In this document: in pieces, positions 63,851 through 64,000 of the stretch
Position numbering within the stretch: the first letter of the stretch is position 1
Layout: each line of letters opens with the position of its first letter
Assembly (NCBI GenBank): GCA_951406725.2
Contig: OX597820.1
Location: 48,608,001-48,672,000, forward strand
Source of the DNA: Octopus vulgaris
Lineage: Eukaryota
Length of the DNA stretch: 64,000 bases
Direction: 5' to 3'
Made by a program: the position numbers and the translations under genes
The notes under the pieces: generated by a model
What the model saw: the letters and a program-made list of their open reading frames with translations, nothing else
Database searches by the model: none
Told to the model about the DNA's origin: nothing

Positions 63851-64000
63851 AATAATATAGGGCTAATTGTGCGTCTATATTTTACCGAACCACAATATCA
63901 TATGCGATTCAATCAACTAAAAATATCTAATAAGCAGTGAACAGAAAAAAAATCAAATGAACAATAACGGAAAATATCGATTAAAGAGAATATTTGTGGA

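Overview
AT-rich, microsatellite-saturated animal genomic DNA. The SINE families and repeat landscape strongly suggest an octopus or other cephalopod; this is recognised by eye, not by a search. No intact host protein-coding gene could be supported, and almost all ORFs in the track are translations of microsatellites. The window is a transposon graveyard: a complete but decayed hAT element with TIRs and an 8-bp TSD, a Tigger/pogo remnant, RTE, CR1/L2-like, Tx1/L1-like and Dong/R4-clade LINE remnants, three tRNA-derived SINE families, two decayed tRNA genes (Asn, Phe) and several fold-back elements. Three signals stand out. (1) About a dozen minimal type I hammerhead ribozyme motifs of the Penelope/retrozyme kind; two have an intact catalytic core (2830-2897 +, 15219-15264 -). 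(2) A TSD-flanked ~260-bp element joining a tRNA-like Pol III head, an (AAT)n spacer and a hammerhead motif (743-1006 -). (3) An (AAT)n insertion hot spot (52.8-56.4 kb) where Dong/R4 3' ends sit beside a ~555-bp non-coding element with fixed ends, a candidate Dong-dependent non-autonomous retroelement.
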